From positions 1 to 51,903 of the forward strand of contig JBEPVA010000003.1 in NCBI GenBank assembly GCA_041691295.1: a DNA stretch of 51,903 nucleotides. The letters run 5' to 3'. Below, in pieces: positions 43,110 through 51,903 of the stretch; the stretch's first letter is position 1, and each line of letters starts with the position of its first letter. The position numbers and the translations under genes were made by a program. This stretch comes from Gemmatimonadota bacterium (lineage in GTDB: Bacteria > Gemmatimonadota > Gemmatimonadetes > Gemmatimonadales > GWC2-71-9). Below the pieces are notes generated by a model. The model was not told the DNA's origin, did not search any database, and worked only from the letters and a program-made list of their open reading frames with translations.

Positions 43110-45842
43110 TTGGACGACGCGTTCGACCGCCTGAAGACGGCACTGGCCGGCAGCTACGCTCTGGAGCGTGAGCTCGGCCATGGCGGCATGGCGACGGTCT
43201 ACCTGGCCCAGGACCTCAAGCACCGCCGCCGGGTGGCCATCAAGGTGCTGCGGCCGGAGCTGGCCAGCGCCCTCGGCCCCGAACGTTTCTTCCACGAAAT
43301 CGAAGTCGCCGCCCGGTTGCAGCATCCGCATATCGTCGGGGTGCTCGACTCCGGGCGGACAGGTGGGTCGGGGTCAGGAGTCGAGGGTCAAGGGTCGAAG
43401 AATGAGGCGGAGGCCAGCTCGACCCTCGACCCGGGACTCTCGACCTTTTTCTACTACGTCATGCCCTACGTCGAGGGCGAGACGCTGCGGGACCGGCTGA
43501 CCCGGTCGGGCGAGCTGTCGGTGCAGGAAGCAGTACGGATCCTGACTGAGGTCGCGGATGCCCTGGGCTACGCCCACCGCCAGGGTGTGGTCCACCGCGA
43601 CATGAAGCCCGACAACGTGATGATGTCCGAGCGTCACGCACTGGTGATGGACTTCGGCGTCGCCAAGGCGATCTCGGAGGCCAATCGCGGTCACAATCTG
43701 ACCACAGTCGGCATGGCGCTCGGCACGCCGGCCTACATGGCGCCCGAACAGGCGGCCGCGGATCCCAGTCTTGACCACCGGGTCGATATCTACGCTCTCG
43801 GTGTCATGGGCTACGAACTGCTGACCGGGCGGCCACCGTTCAGCGGCATGTCGGCCCAGCAGATTCTGGCCGCTCAGGTGACCCAGGCGCCCGAGCCGCT
43901 GCTGGCCCGACGGCCGTCGTGTCCGCCGGCGTTGGCGGCCGCCATTATGAAATGCCTCGAGAAGCGGGCCTCCGATCGCTGGCAATCGGCCGAGGAGCTG
44001 CTGCATCAGCTGGAGGGATTGGGAACGCCGACTGGCGGAACCACCCCGACCACGGCAGTCCCTGCATTCACCGCCCCGATCCCCGCGGCCGCGTCTTCGA
44101 GCCCGCGACTGTCCGCCCTCTGGCAGCGAAGCGGCTACCTCGGCCTCGGCGTGGTGCTGGCGCTGCTGGTGGCGTGGGGCGTGATGCGGCCACGGGGCGG
44201 CGCGGTCGCCGGCGGACTCAAGCGCGTCGTGGTGCTGCCGTTCGAGAACCAGGGCGATTCGAGCCGCCAGTACTTCGCCAACGGCGTCACCGAGGCGATT
44301 ACCTCGCAGCTCGCCGGAATCGCCGGAATCAGCGTCATTCCCCGCAGCACCGCGGCCCGCTATCGCGGCACCACCAAGAGCCTGGCCGAGATCGGCAAGG
44401 AGCTGGGGGTGACGTACGTGCTCGAGGGAACAGTGCAGTTCGAGGAGGTCAAGGACAGCGCGGCCAGAGTCCGGGTCAGCCCGGAATTGATCCGGGTGTC
44501 CGACACCAGCAGCGTCTGGGCTCACGGCTACGACGCGCAGCTGGCCAGTGTCTTCCAGGTCTATTCCAACGTGGCCACCGAGGTGGCCCGGTCCCTCGAA
44601 GTGGCCCTGAACGATCCGGAAAAGCAGGCGCTGGCGGTACGGCCGACCACCAACGCTGAGGCGTACGATCTCTATCTCCGGGCCAACGACTATCTCAATC
44701 GCGGCCTGGCCGTCACCAATTTCACCAATGCCATTCCAATGCTGCGGCGGGCGGTGACGCTGGATCCCGATTTTGCGCTGGCCTGGGGCCGGCTCTCCGA
44801 GGCACTGGGGCTGTCCCACTGGCTGTACATCAACCGAACCCAGGCAGCGATTGACGAAGCGGCCACCGCGGCCGACAAGGCGCTGGCACTGCAGCCCGAC
44901 CTGCCGGAGGCCCACCGCGCGATGGGCAGTCTGTACTATCGCCGCCGCGAGTATGACCAGGCGCTGGCGGAGTTTGCCAAGGTCGAGCAGCGGCAGCCCA
45001 ACAGCGCAGACCTGCACTCGGTGATCGGGTACGTCTACCGCCGGCAGGGAAAATGGGAGGAGTCGCTGGCCGAATTCCGCAAACGGATCGCACTCGATCC
45101 AGGGGCGCCGCTCGGGTTCAACGACGTGGGAGAGACGCTGAATCTGATGCGGCGCTACCCCGAGGCAATCGCAGTGCTGCAGCACTGCATCGACATCGCT
45201 CCCGACGAGCCGGATTGCTACTCATGGCTGGCCAGCGTGCAGACCCGACAGGACTCGGCCCTGGGACCGGCTCAGGCGACGCTCAAACGCGCCCTGAGCC
45301 GGATGAGCGCTAACCGGTTTGGCGGAGTGCTTGAGACCGGCGCCTGGATCGTGTCCACAGACGATTCACTGCGACGGGCATTCCTGGCCACCACTTCGGT
45401 CGGATTCGGGCGCACCAGCGCCGATTACTACCAGTTCCGCGGCGACCTGCTCCGGCTGAGCGGGCATACCGCCCAGGGCCGGGTCTACTACGACTCGGCG
45501 CTGGCGGTGCTCACGGTCAACCTCAAGGCGCTGCCCTATGACTATGGCTGGCACCAGCGGATGGGTCAGGTGCTCTGGAAGCTCGGGCGCCAGGCCGAGG
45601 CACTGCCTGAGGGCCGTCGGGGAGTCGAGATGATGCCGCTCTCGCTGGATGTCTACTTCGGCGGGGACGCCATCATCGACCTGGCCCGGATCTATGCGGC
45701 CGGCGGCCAGGCCAAAGAGGCGGTAGAGCAGTTGAAGGTGGCGCTGGCCATGCCGTCCAGGATCTCGGTCAACCAGCTGAAGAACCAGCCTGACTGGGAC
45801 CCGATCCGGAACGATCCCGAGTTCAAGAAGCTGCTGCAGTAG
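43110..45842 (+). CDS. Hanks-type Ser/Thr kinase with one TM helix and a periplasmic TolB-N-like + TPR domain
   Basis: YALERELGHGGMATVYLAQDLKHRRRVAIKVL, HRDMKPDNVMM, DFGVA and GTPAYMAPEQ, followed by TPR repeats. I propose TTG at 43110 as the start, but this is uncertain. Confidence 0.85.
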   Translation: MDDAFDRLKTALAGSYALERELGHGGMATVYLAQDLKHRRRVAIKVLRPELASALGPERFFHEIEVAARLQHPHIVGVLDSGRTGGSGSGVEGQGSKNEAEASSTLDPGLSTFFYYVMPYVEGETLRDRLTRSGELSVQEAVRILTEVADALGYAHRQGVVHRDMKPDNVMMSERHALVMDFGVAKAISEANRGHNLTTVGMALGTPAYMAPEQAAADPSLDHRVDIYALGVMGYELLTGRPPFSGMSAQQILAAQVTQAPEPLLARRPSCPPALAAAIMKCLEKRASDRWQSAEELLHQLEGLGTPTGGTTPTTAVPAFTAPIPAAASSSPRLSALWQRSGYLGLGVVLALLVAWGVMRPRGGAVAGGLKRVVVLPFENQGDSSRQYFANGVTEAITSQLAGIAGISVIPRSTAARYRGTTKSLAEIGKELGVTYVLEGTVQFEEVKDSAARVRVSPELIRVSDTSSVWAHGYDAQLASVFQVYSNVATEVARSLEVALNDPEKQALAVRPTTNAEAYDLYLRANDYLNRGLAVTNFTNAIPMLRRAVTLDPDFALAWGRLSEALGLSHWLYINRTQAAIDEAATAADKALALQPDLPEAHRAMGSLYYRRREYDQALAEFAKVEQRQPNSADLHSVIGYVYRRQGKWEESLAEFRKRIALDPGAPLGFNDVGETLNLMRRYPEAIAVLQHCIDIAPDEPDCYSWLASVQTRQDSALGPAQATLKRALSRMSANRFGGVLETGAWIVSTDDSLRRAFLATTSVGFGRTSADYYQFRGDLLRLSGHTAQGRVYYDSALAVLTVNLKALPYDYGWHQRMGQVLWKLGRQAEALPEGRRGVEMMPLSLDVYFGGDAIIDLARIYAAGGQAKEAVEQLKVALAMPSRISVNQLKNQPDWDPIRNDPEFKKLLQ
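43364..43446. repeat. Inverted heptamer-array element inserted in frame inside the kinase catalytic domain
   Basis: The left arm has about 5 units of the ggtcNNg type (ggtcgg ggtcagg agtcgag ggtcaag ggtcgaa). A 17-nt spacer follows, then a right arm ctcgacc ctcgacc cgggact ctcgacc. It encodes SGSGVEGQGSKNEAEASSTLDPGLST, which is absent from the two paralogous kinases. Confidence 0.75.
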
Positions 45843-46075
45843 CAGGTCCTCCTCCCGGCATTGCCATTCGCAGCAACCATCTGCCCGCCTGGCGTGTCTC
45901 TATAGCTGATTGGCATCTACAGCTGTTCGAGTTCGGGATCAGAAATCCCATAAGCGAACAATCCCGTCCTGCTGCAGTCGCGTTACTCCTTACAGGGCAA
46001 TGCATTAGAGATGTAGCAACAAGGCACGAGTCCTGCCTTTCCACTGGCATCCTCGATCTGGATCGATCCGAACTC

Positions 46076-47062
46076 ATGGCACCCTCGGCAACCTGGCAGG
46101 ATCTCGAGCCCAGCGACGCGACTCACTATCGCGCCTGCATCGCCGCGCTGGGTGGCGATCGGTTCGAGATCATCAACCTGCTGGGGGCCGGTGGCGGCGG
46201 GGCCGTGGTTCTTGCCAACGACCTCGAACGCAAGACCCGGGTGGCCATCAAGTGCCTGGGCCCCGACTACACCGGTTCGATCGAGACCCGCGAGCGGTTC
46301 CGCCGCGAGGCGCTCATTGCCACCCAGCTGCAGCACGCCAACATCGTCCCCTGTTTCGAGTTCACCTACCAGGGACGGTTTGCCATGGCGGTGATGCGGT
46401 ACATCCCCGGCCTTGCATTGAGCGAGCGTCTGCAGAAAGGTGAGCGGTTCTCCACCTCGGCCGTCCTATCCATGCTGATCAAGCTGGCCGATGCCCTGAG
46501 TCATACCCATGCCCGCGGAGTGATTCACCGCGACGTGAAGCCGGCCAACATCCTGCTGCAGGAGGGGGACAACTGGCCCTTCCTCACCGATTTCGGGATC
46601 GCGACGCTGCATACCTCGGAGCAGTCCAGGTCCGAGGTCCAGAAAGGGTACGGCACCCCCGCCTACATGTCCCCGGAGCAGGTGCTCTGCCAGTGGGATG
46701 CCGATCATCGGACGGATATCTACGCCCTCGGCGTGGTCGCCTTTCAGCTGCTGACCGGACGGCTGCCGTTCGAGGCCGGATCGTCGCTGGCCCAGGCGGC
46801 GCTCCGGACCGTGCGGGAAGCACCCTCGGTCCGATCGATTGCGCCGGAAGTCCCCGAGGCGCTCGCAGGGATCATCGAGAAGTGCATGGCGCGGGATCCC
46901 AAGCGGCGCTGGAAAAATGCGGCGGTGCTCCGGCTGGCATTGCTGCGGGTCCAGAACCGTGAGCGGCGGGCCCACCTGGCGCCGATGGAATGGTGCCGCG
47001 AGGTGCTGCATTCGTGGACCCTGCGGCCGGCCAAGGTGCGGGCGGTGGCGCGGATCGCGTAG
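46076..47062 (+). CDS. Hanks-type Ser/Thr kinase, catalytic domain only
   Basis: FEIINLLGAGGGGAVVLANDLERKTRVAIKCL, HRDVKPANILL, DFGIA and GTPAYMSPEQ. Confidence 0.8.
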   Translation: MAPSATWQDLEPSDATHYRACIAALGGDRFEIINLLGAGGGGAVVLANDLERKTRVAIKCLGPDYTGSIETRERFRREALIATQLQHANIVPCFEFTYQGRFAMAVMRYIPGLALSERLQKGERFSTSAVLSMLIKLADALSHTHARGVIHRDVKPANILLQEGDNWPFLTDFGIATLHTSEQSRSEVQKGYGTPAYMSPEQVLCQWDADHRTDIYALGVVAFQLLTGRLPFEAGSSLAQAALRTVREAPSVRSIAPEVPEALAGIIEKCMARDPKRRWKNAAVLRLALLRVQNRERRAHLAPMEWCREVLHSWTLRPAKVRAVARIA

Positions 47063-47120
47063 AGGCAGACTTCAGGAATGAGTTTCTGTCATTGCGAGGA
47101 GGCGGCATGGCCGCGGTGGT

Positions 47121-47845
47121 CCTCTCCCCTGTCCCCTCCCCGCTTCGCAGGGAGGGGGACTCATTCCGAAGATTCCAACTTCAATAGCGCGCCTGAATGG
47201 GTGCTCAGTCGCACTCCTAATGATCTAGCTAGTCCGCTGGCCCGCCCCCTCTTCCCCTCCGCTTCGCAGGGTGGCGGATGCATTCCGCGATCCTCTTCCC
47301 TAACCCCTCCCAGCTTCGCAGGAAGGGGGACGCATTCCGCGAATTCCCGCTTCAGTCCTGCGGTATCATGGTTATGTCAGACGACTTTGACATGAGCATA
47401 CTACGGGATGCGTCGATTCGATCGTCGGCTCGAAACCCGCGAGAAGGTGACCCGCTCTCGAGAGCTCAGGCGCGAGTCCACGTCCGCGGAGAGGACGGCC
47501 TGGCAGATCCTCCGGCGGAAGGGAGTTCTCGGGCTCAAGTTCCGGCGTCAGCACCCACTCCATGGTTTCATCGTCGATTTCTACTGCCCTGCTCTTCGTC
47601 TGGTGCTGGAGATCGATGGAGATATCCATCAGAGACCAGCAGCGGCACAATATGACGTTGAACGAGAGACAGTCCTAAAGCAGTTGGGGTATCGGGTAAC
47701 GCGGCTGACCAACTTTCAGGTCAGCCATGAAAATCTGTGCCGAATGATCACGGAGGCATTGCAGGCAACGGGTATTGGCACAAAGCCATAGCACTCAAGG
47801 AATTCGTCCCCCTCCCCATGAAATGGGGAGGGGACAGGGGAGAGG
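47121..47845. mobile_element. DUF559 gene cassette bounded by perfect 21-bp inverted repeats, with three internal hairpin-repeat copies
   Basis: cctctcccctgtcccctcccc at 47121-47141 is the exact reverse complement of ggggaggggacaggggagagg at 47825-47845. No transposase is present. Confidence 0.45.
47408..47791 (+). CDS. DUF559 (Vsr-like endonuclease fold) protein
   Basis: SRELRRESTSAERTAWQILRRKGVLGLKFRRQHPLHGFIVDFYCPALRLVLEIDGDIH...LGYRVTRL. Confidence 0.8.
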   Translation: MRRFDRRLETREKVTRSRELRRESTSAERTAWQILRRKGVLGLKFRRQHPLHGFIVDFYCPALRLVLEIDGDIHQRPAAAQYDVERETVLKQLGYRVTRLTNFQVSHENLCRMITEALQATGIGTKP

Positions 47846-47846
47846 A

Positions 47847-48662
47847 TCATTTCCCCGCCCCCATCCGCTCCAGCAAATCCTGCTTCCGATTCCTCGATAC
47901 CGCCACTCTCGTATCGTTGGTGAGCACCACCTCGAGGCCCCGCAACGCCTTGCGGCGGACCTCCACCACCCGCTCGAGATTGATGATGGCCGAGCGATGG
48001 ACCCGGAGGAAGCGACTCGGATCGAGCCGTGACTCGAGGGCCGCGAGGGATTCGCGCATCACATGGCTGGCGCTGCCCACGTGTAGTTCGGCGCAGTAGT
48101 CTCGCGCGCCGATCCAGTCGATGGCGGCCACATCGACCACCACCGACCGGGCGCCGGTCGAGACCATGAGGCGTTCGGGGTATGCGGACCGGGACTCCAT
48201 ATCGGTTCGGCCCCGCGAACTCACCTCGTCCAGCAGCGCCCGGAGCCGCTGCTCCAATTGCTCGGCCCTGCTCCGGCTCGATTCGCCGCTCCGAACCTGA
48301 CGGACCCGGTCGAGGGCCCGGCGGAACCGGTCCTCTGCCACGGGCTTTAGCAGGTAGTCGAGCGCCTGGACTTCAAAGGCGTTGACCGCGAACTCGTCAT
48401 AGGCGGTCACGAAGACGACAGCCGGCAGCCATCCGCCTGACTCCTTCATCACCTCGCGCAGCACGCCGAATCCATCAAGCCGGGGCATCTGGACATCGAG
48501 AAAGACGAGGTCCGGAGTGAGCCGGACGATCTCCCGGACCGCATCGCGGCCGCTCAGCGCTTCCGCCACCACCTCGACATCATGGTGGGGCCGAAGCAAC
48601 GCCCGCAGCCCGGCATTGGCCAATGGTTCATCGTCGACCAGCAGGGCCCGGATGGTGGCCAT
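47847..48662 (-). CDS. LytTR-family response regulator, second copy
   Basis: I chose ATG at 48662 (MATIRALLVDDEPLANAGL). Contains DLVFLDVQMPRLDGF and VVVDVAAIDWIGARDYCAELHV...FLRVHRSAIINLERV. Confidence 0.85.
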   Translation of the reverse strand: MATIRALLVDDEPLANAGLRALLRPHHDVEVVAEALSGRDAVREIVRLTPDLVFLDVQMPRLDGFGVLREVMKESGGWLPAVVFVTAYDEFAVNAFEVQALDYLLKPVAEDRFRRALDRVRQVRSGESSRSRAEQLEQRLRALLDEVSSRGRTDMESRSAYPERLMVSTGARSVVVDVAAIDWIGARDYCAELHVGSASHVMRESLAALESRLDPSRFLRVHRSAIINLERVVEVRRKALRGLEVVLTNDTRVAVSRNRKQDLLERMGAGK

Positions 48663-48663
48663 C

Positions 48664-49821
48664 TCAGTACACCTTCGGCCCATCATTCGGCGGCCGGGCC
48701 GGGGTGCGGTGCAGCGGGAGCGTGACCCTGGCGATCACACCTGACGGCGAGTCGTTGGCCAGCGACAACATGGCGGACTCACCATAGATGTGGCTCAGTC
48801 GCGACCGGGTGTTGTTGAGCCCGACCCCGCCGTACCGTTCGACGGACCAGGCGCCCGGCAGGGAGGGACCCTCGTTGCGAACCTCGAGCAGGAGTTGGTC
48901 GCCGCGGGCAGCGGCGGAGATGGTCAGGCGGCCAGCGGCGTCATCGGCACCGAGACCGTGACGGATGGCGTTCTCGACCAGCGGCTGCAGGATGAGATTC
49001 GGTACCAGCGCGGAAGTGAGCTCCTCGGGCACCGACACGGTGACGCTCAAGCGGTGACTGAATCGGATCCGTTCGATGGCCAGGTAGCGCTCCAGGAAGG
49101 CCAGCTCTTCTGCTAGCGTGATTTCGGGTTCGGCAGTGCCGTGGAGCAGGTGGCGGAGGATGTCCCCCAGTTGGGTAAGGACCGCGATGGCGCCGGGTCC
49201 GTTCTCGGTCCGGACCAGGGCCACGGCCGCGTTGAGTGTATTGAAGAGAAAATGCGGGTGCAGCTGACTCTGCAGCGCGTCCAGTCGGGCGGCGGTCAGC
49301 CGCTGGGACAGCTCGGCGGCCTCGAGCCGGGCCTCCTGGTAGCGGCGGTAGTAGTCGACCCCATAGTACGTGCCGACCACGGTCCAGTACATCAGGAGAT
49401 TGATCGGCAGCCAGTCGAACAGGGAGACGGAGTAGTAGTCAGGGAGGGAGAGCGACGAGGGCCGGACCTCGAAGTACCAGCCGGCCGAGGCGTGCACGGC
49501 GGTGTGAACCATCCCGACCAGCACGCTGAGCACCAGGTGGGTCGCGAGTGGTCCAGGCGCCGGCGGCCAGGAGAGCCGCACCCGGCGGCAGATCCAGAAG
49601 ATCAGCGGCGAGAGCAGGGCCCAGAGCATCCAGCCGGGAAATGCCGCGCCCAGCGCTCGGCCCCATGAGGCAGGCATGCCGGAGATCCGCCAGCCGGCGT
49701 AGTAGTCGACCGCGTCGGCCAGTGACAGCACCGTCCAGAGCGCCACACTGCACCACCAGAGGATCCGCCCGCTGCGGCGGCCCAGCTGAAGCTGGGCTTC
49801 TTCCGGTTCTACAGCCACCAT
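48664..49821 (-). CDS. LytS/YehU-type sensor histidine kinase, second copy
   Basis: I chose ATG at 49821 (MVAVEPEEAQL...). TM helices, then LQSQLHPHFLFNTLNAAVAL and ILQPLVENAIRHG. The track ORF extends to 50706 through junk antisense to the next gene. Confidence 0.8.
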   Translation of the reverse strand: MVAVEPEEAQLQLGRRSGRILWWCSVALWTVLSLADAVDYYAGWRISGMPASWGRALGAAFPGWMLWALLSPLIFWICRRVRLSWPPAPGPLATHLVLSVLVGMVHTAVHASAGWYFEVRPSSLSLPDYYSVSLFDWLPINLLMYWTVVGTYYGVDYYRRYQEARLEAAELSQRLTAARLDALQSQLHPHFLFNTLNAAVALVRTENGPGAIAVLTQLGDILRHLLHGTAEPEITLAEELAFLERYLAIERIRFSHRLSVTVSVPEELTSALVPNLILQPLVENAIRHGLGADDAAGRLTISAAARGDQLLLEVRNEGPSLPGAWSVERYGGVGLNNTRSRLSHIYGESAMLSLANDSPSGVIARVTLPLHRTPARPPNDGPKVY

Positions 49822-50001
49822 CGCTGGCTCCTTGAGGACTTCGGCCGAGAGCAATGATCGCCGGTTTTCGGACCGGTTGATAGCTCCGCCGGCCCGATGG
49901 CCGGCCCATTGGCTGCAGCGATGTACCACTGGCTGCACTGGTCCCAAACCGGGCCCGGTGAAGCGGCAATTTCGGCTCTGACCCATGATGTCGGAGCCTG
50001 A

Positions 50002-51903
50002 ATGCGCAGCGTGTGGTGTGGCCTGGCAGTTCTGGTGATCGCGGTGCCCCTGTACGGACAGACCGTGCTGCGACCGGCCGATCGCGATTCGATCCGGCTG
50101 GCGGCGGCACTCGGGCCCCGTTCGATCGATGCCAAGCGGATCACGGGCCCTGCACCGGCGATCGATGGCAGCCTTTCGGATTCGGCGTGGAGCGGGGCGC
50201 AGGTGGTGGGTGACTTCGTCGAAGGGGGTCCTCACCCCGGGGTTCTGCCGAAGTATCCGACCACCTTTCAGGTCCTGTTCGACGACCAGGCCATCTACTT
50301 CGGCATCCGGGCCCTCGATCCGCGACCCCGGACCATCGTGGCGCCGTATCCGCGGAGGGATGACGAGACCCGGTCGGACTGGTTTTTCGTCGAGATAGAC
50401 AGCCGCCACGATCGACGGACCGGATTCGGATTCGGGATCAATCCGCGCGGAGTCCAGGTCGATGCCGCCTTTGATGCGGTCATCAACTACGACTATGCCT
50501 GGGACGCAGTTTGGCAGGGCGCTTCCCGGATCGACTCGCTGGGATGGACCGCGGAGTACCGGATTCCCTTCTCGCAACTCGCCTACTCGGCGGGACCGGG
50601 ACAGCCCATGGAGTTCGGTCTCAATGTCTACCGCGTGGTGACTCGCGGCGGGGAGTCGTCGGACTGGTCTCCCAGGTTGCCGACCTTTGCCGAGTTCGAA
50701 TCGCACTTCAATACGATCACGGGACTGGTGGCTCCGGCATCCCCGCAGCGCCTCGAGGTGGTGCCCTACACCGCGGCCAAGGGCACGTTCTCGCCGGTGA
50801 ATGATGGCAACCCGCTAATCGATCGGACTCGGGGCAGCGGATACGCCGGCGCCGATCTTCGGCTCCGACTGCCGGGCGGATTCACCGCCACCGCGGCGAT
50901 CCATCCGGACTTCGGCCAGGTCGAGGCCGATCCGTCACAGGTGAACCTCACCACCTTCGAGACCTTTTTCCCCGAGCAGCGGCCGTTCTTCGTCGAGGGA
51001 TCGACTCAGTTTGCCTTCAACCTCGGGCTGCCGTTCTCGACCCGGGGCAACTCCTTCCTCAACGAACAGCCGTTCTACAGCCGGAGGATCGGCGGTGCGC
51101 CACAGGGCAGCGTGCCAGCCGATGCGCAGTTCAGCGACATTGCCACCAGCACCACTCTGCTCGGCGCCGCCAAGCTGTCAGGCCGGACCTCAAGTGGCTG
51201 GAGCGCCGGGGCGATGACCGCGGTAACCGGGCAGTCACAGGCCGACTACATCGCCCCCGACGGGACGACCAACCGGGCCCTGGTTGAACCGGCGACCGGC
51301 TTCGGCGTGTTGCGACTCAGCCGAGCCTCACAAGATGGAGGGTCGGCGATCGGATTGATCGGTACCGCCGTGACTCGACCGGGCATGGACGGCCCGATCG
51401 CCGCCGAACGGCCATCGGATGCCTTTGCCCTCGGGGTCGACGGACGTCACCGGTTCGGCGGCGGGAACTATGAGGTCAGTGGCTTGGCGATGGGCAGTCG
51501 GGTGGACGGCTCGACCGACGCGATCAGCAAGATTCTCACTGGCCCGGGACATTTCTGGCAGCGGCCAGATGCGTCATACCAGACCGACTACGGCAGCCGC
51601 ACCTCGATCAGCGGCGGGGCGGCGCAGCTGCGGGTGGCCAGGCTCGGCGGGGTCTGGCACTGGGCGGCCACGGGGCACGTGATCACCCCGGGGTTCGAAA
51701 TCAACGATATCGGATTTCAGAACAACGCCGACTGGCTGCTGGCGGTGGGGTCGTTCGACTACCAACGCTACCGGCCGGGGCATGTGATCCGGCGCTGGGC
51801 CGCTGGTGTCGACCAAATCGGGGCCGGGTGGAATTTTGCCGGCGAACGGCGGGCGGCGCTGGCCAGCGGCTATCTCAACTTCTCGCTGCGGAACTACTGG
51901 AGC
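50002..51903 (+). CDS. DUF5916 / carbohydrate-binding family 9-like outer-membrane-associated protein; partial, runs off the right edge
   Basis: Hand translation from ATG at 50002 gives MRSVWCGLAVLVIAVPLYGQ (signal peptide), PAIDGSLSDSAWSGAQVVGDFVE, SDWFFVEIDSRHDRRTGFGFGINPRGVQVDA and HPDFGQVEADPSQVNLTTFETFFPEQRPFFVEG. Open to the window end, so it is absent from the track. Confidence 0.75.
   Translation, partial: MRSVWCGLAVLVIAVPLYGQTVLRPADRDSIRLAAALGPRSIDAKRITGPAPAIDGSLSDSAWSGAQVVGDFVEGGPHPGVLPKYPTTFQVLFDDQAIYFGIRALDPRPRTIVAPYPRRDDETRSDWFFVEIDSRHDRRTGFGFGINPRGVQVDAAFDAVINYDYAWDAVWQGASRIDSLGWTAEYRIPFSQLAYSAGPGQPMEFGLNVYRVVTRGGESSDWSPRLPTFAEFESHFNTITGLVAPASPQRLEVVPYTAAKGTFSPVNDGNPLIDRTRGSGYAGADLRLRLPGGFTATAAIHPDFGQVEADPSQVNLTTFETFFPEQRPFFVEGSTQFAFNLGLPFSTRGNSFLNEQPFYSRRIGGAPQGSVPADAQFSDIATSTTLLGAAKLSGRTSSGWSAGAMTAVTGQSQADYIAPDGTTNRALVEPATGFGVLRLSRASQDGGSAIGLIGTAVTRPGMDGPIAAERPSDAFALGVDGRHRFGGGNYEVSGLAMGSRVDGSTDAISKILTGPGHFWQRPDASYQTDYGSRTSISGGAAQLRVARLGGVWHWAATGHVITPGFEINDIGFQNNADWLLAVGSFDYQRYRPGHVIRRWAAGVDQIGAGWNFAGERRAALASGYLNFSLRNYWS

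Noticed and set aside
49822-50706. The N-terminal 295-aa extension of the second LytS-type kinase ORF (48664..50706).
   Set aside because: The extension is Pro/Arg/Gly-rich, lacks TM helices, and lies antisense to the well-supported DUF5916 gene starting at 50002. The kinase's TM region begins right after the internal ATG at 49821.
1-51903. A search by eye for tRNA, rRNA, tmRNA, integrase, transposase or prophage genes.
   Set aside because: No T-loop (GGTTCGAATCC-like) context lies outside CDSs, no rRNA-like conserved blocks were seen, and no integrase or transposase motifs appear in any frame. The only mobile-looking unit is the DUF559 cassette.

Overview
High-GC bacterial chromosomal window, by eye about two-thirds G+C. 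The gene content (an ADOP-type duplicated FtsX permease, DUF4397, DUF2911 and DUF5916 proteins, several Hanks-type kinases) suggests a soil Gemmatimonadota or Acidobacteriota-like lineage; this is inference only. Most of the window is ordinary housekeeping and regulatory content: MarR, a ClC channel, a NarL-type two-component pair, fdhD, LysR, AraC, tatC, an aminotransferase, a YdeP/FdhF-like molybdoenzyme, an S1/P1 nuclease, three Ser/Thr kinases and two LytS/LytTR pairs. Many long ORFs in the supplied track are GC-driven shadow ORFs or over-extended N-termini, so I re-set several starts by hand. No rRNA, tRNA or CRISPR was seen. The most interesting signal is almost entirely absent from the ORF track because the genes are under 60 aa. 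There are two clusters of minigenes, 26823-27743 with five units and 35521-36033 with two units. Each encodes a conserved Lys-rich leader of the form KDLKPR...(V/I/R)(K/R)GG, with a double-glycine-type end, followed by a short core. The cores are staggered pieces of the T6SS tube protein Hcp: the GKVxxQDxSFTKxxDKxSPxLxxACxxGxH segment and the GGxxQxEYLxxxLKEVxxSS hairpin. No hcp gene or T6SS genes are nearby. The second cluster is divergently transcribed from a tight operon encoding a small secreted protein, an ADOP/MacB-like permease, a LytS-type kinase and a LytTR regulator. I propose, as inference, a peptide production/sensing/export module. The second recurring theme is a family of degenerate tandem heptanucleotide arrays abutting gene 3' ends, purine-rich in the sense of the adjacent gene. 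One inverted pair is inserted in frame into a kinase catalytic domain, and one array is read through as a protein tail. A DUF559 gene sits in a cassette bounded by perfect 21-bp inverted repeats.
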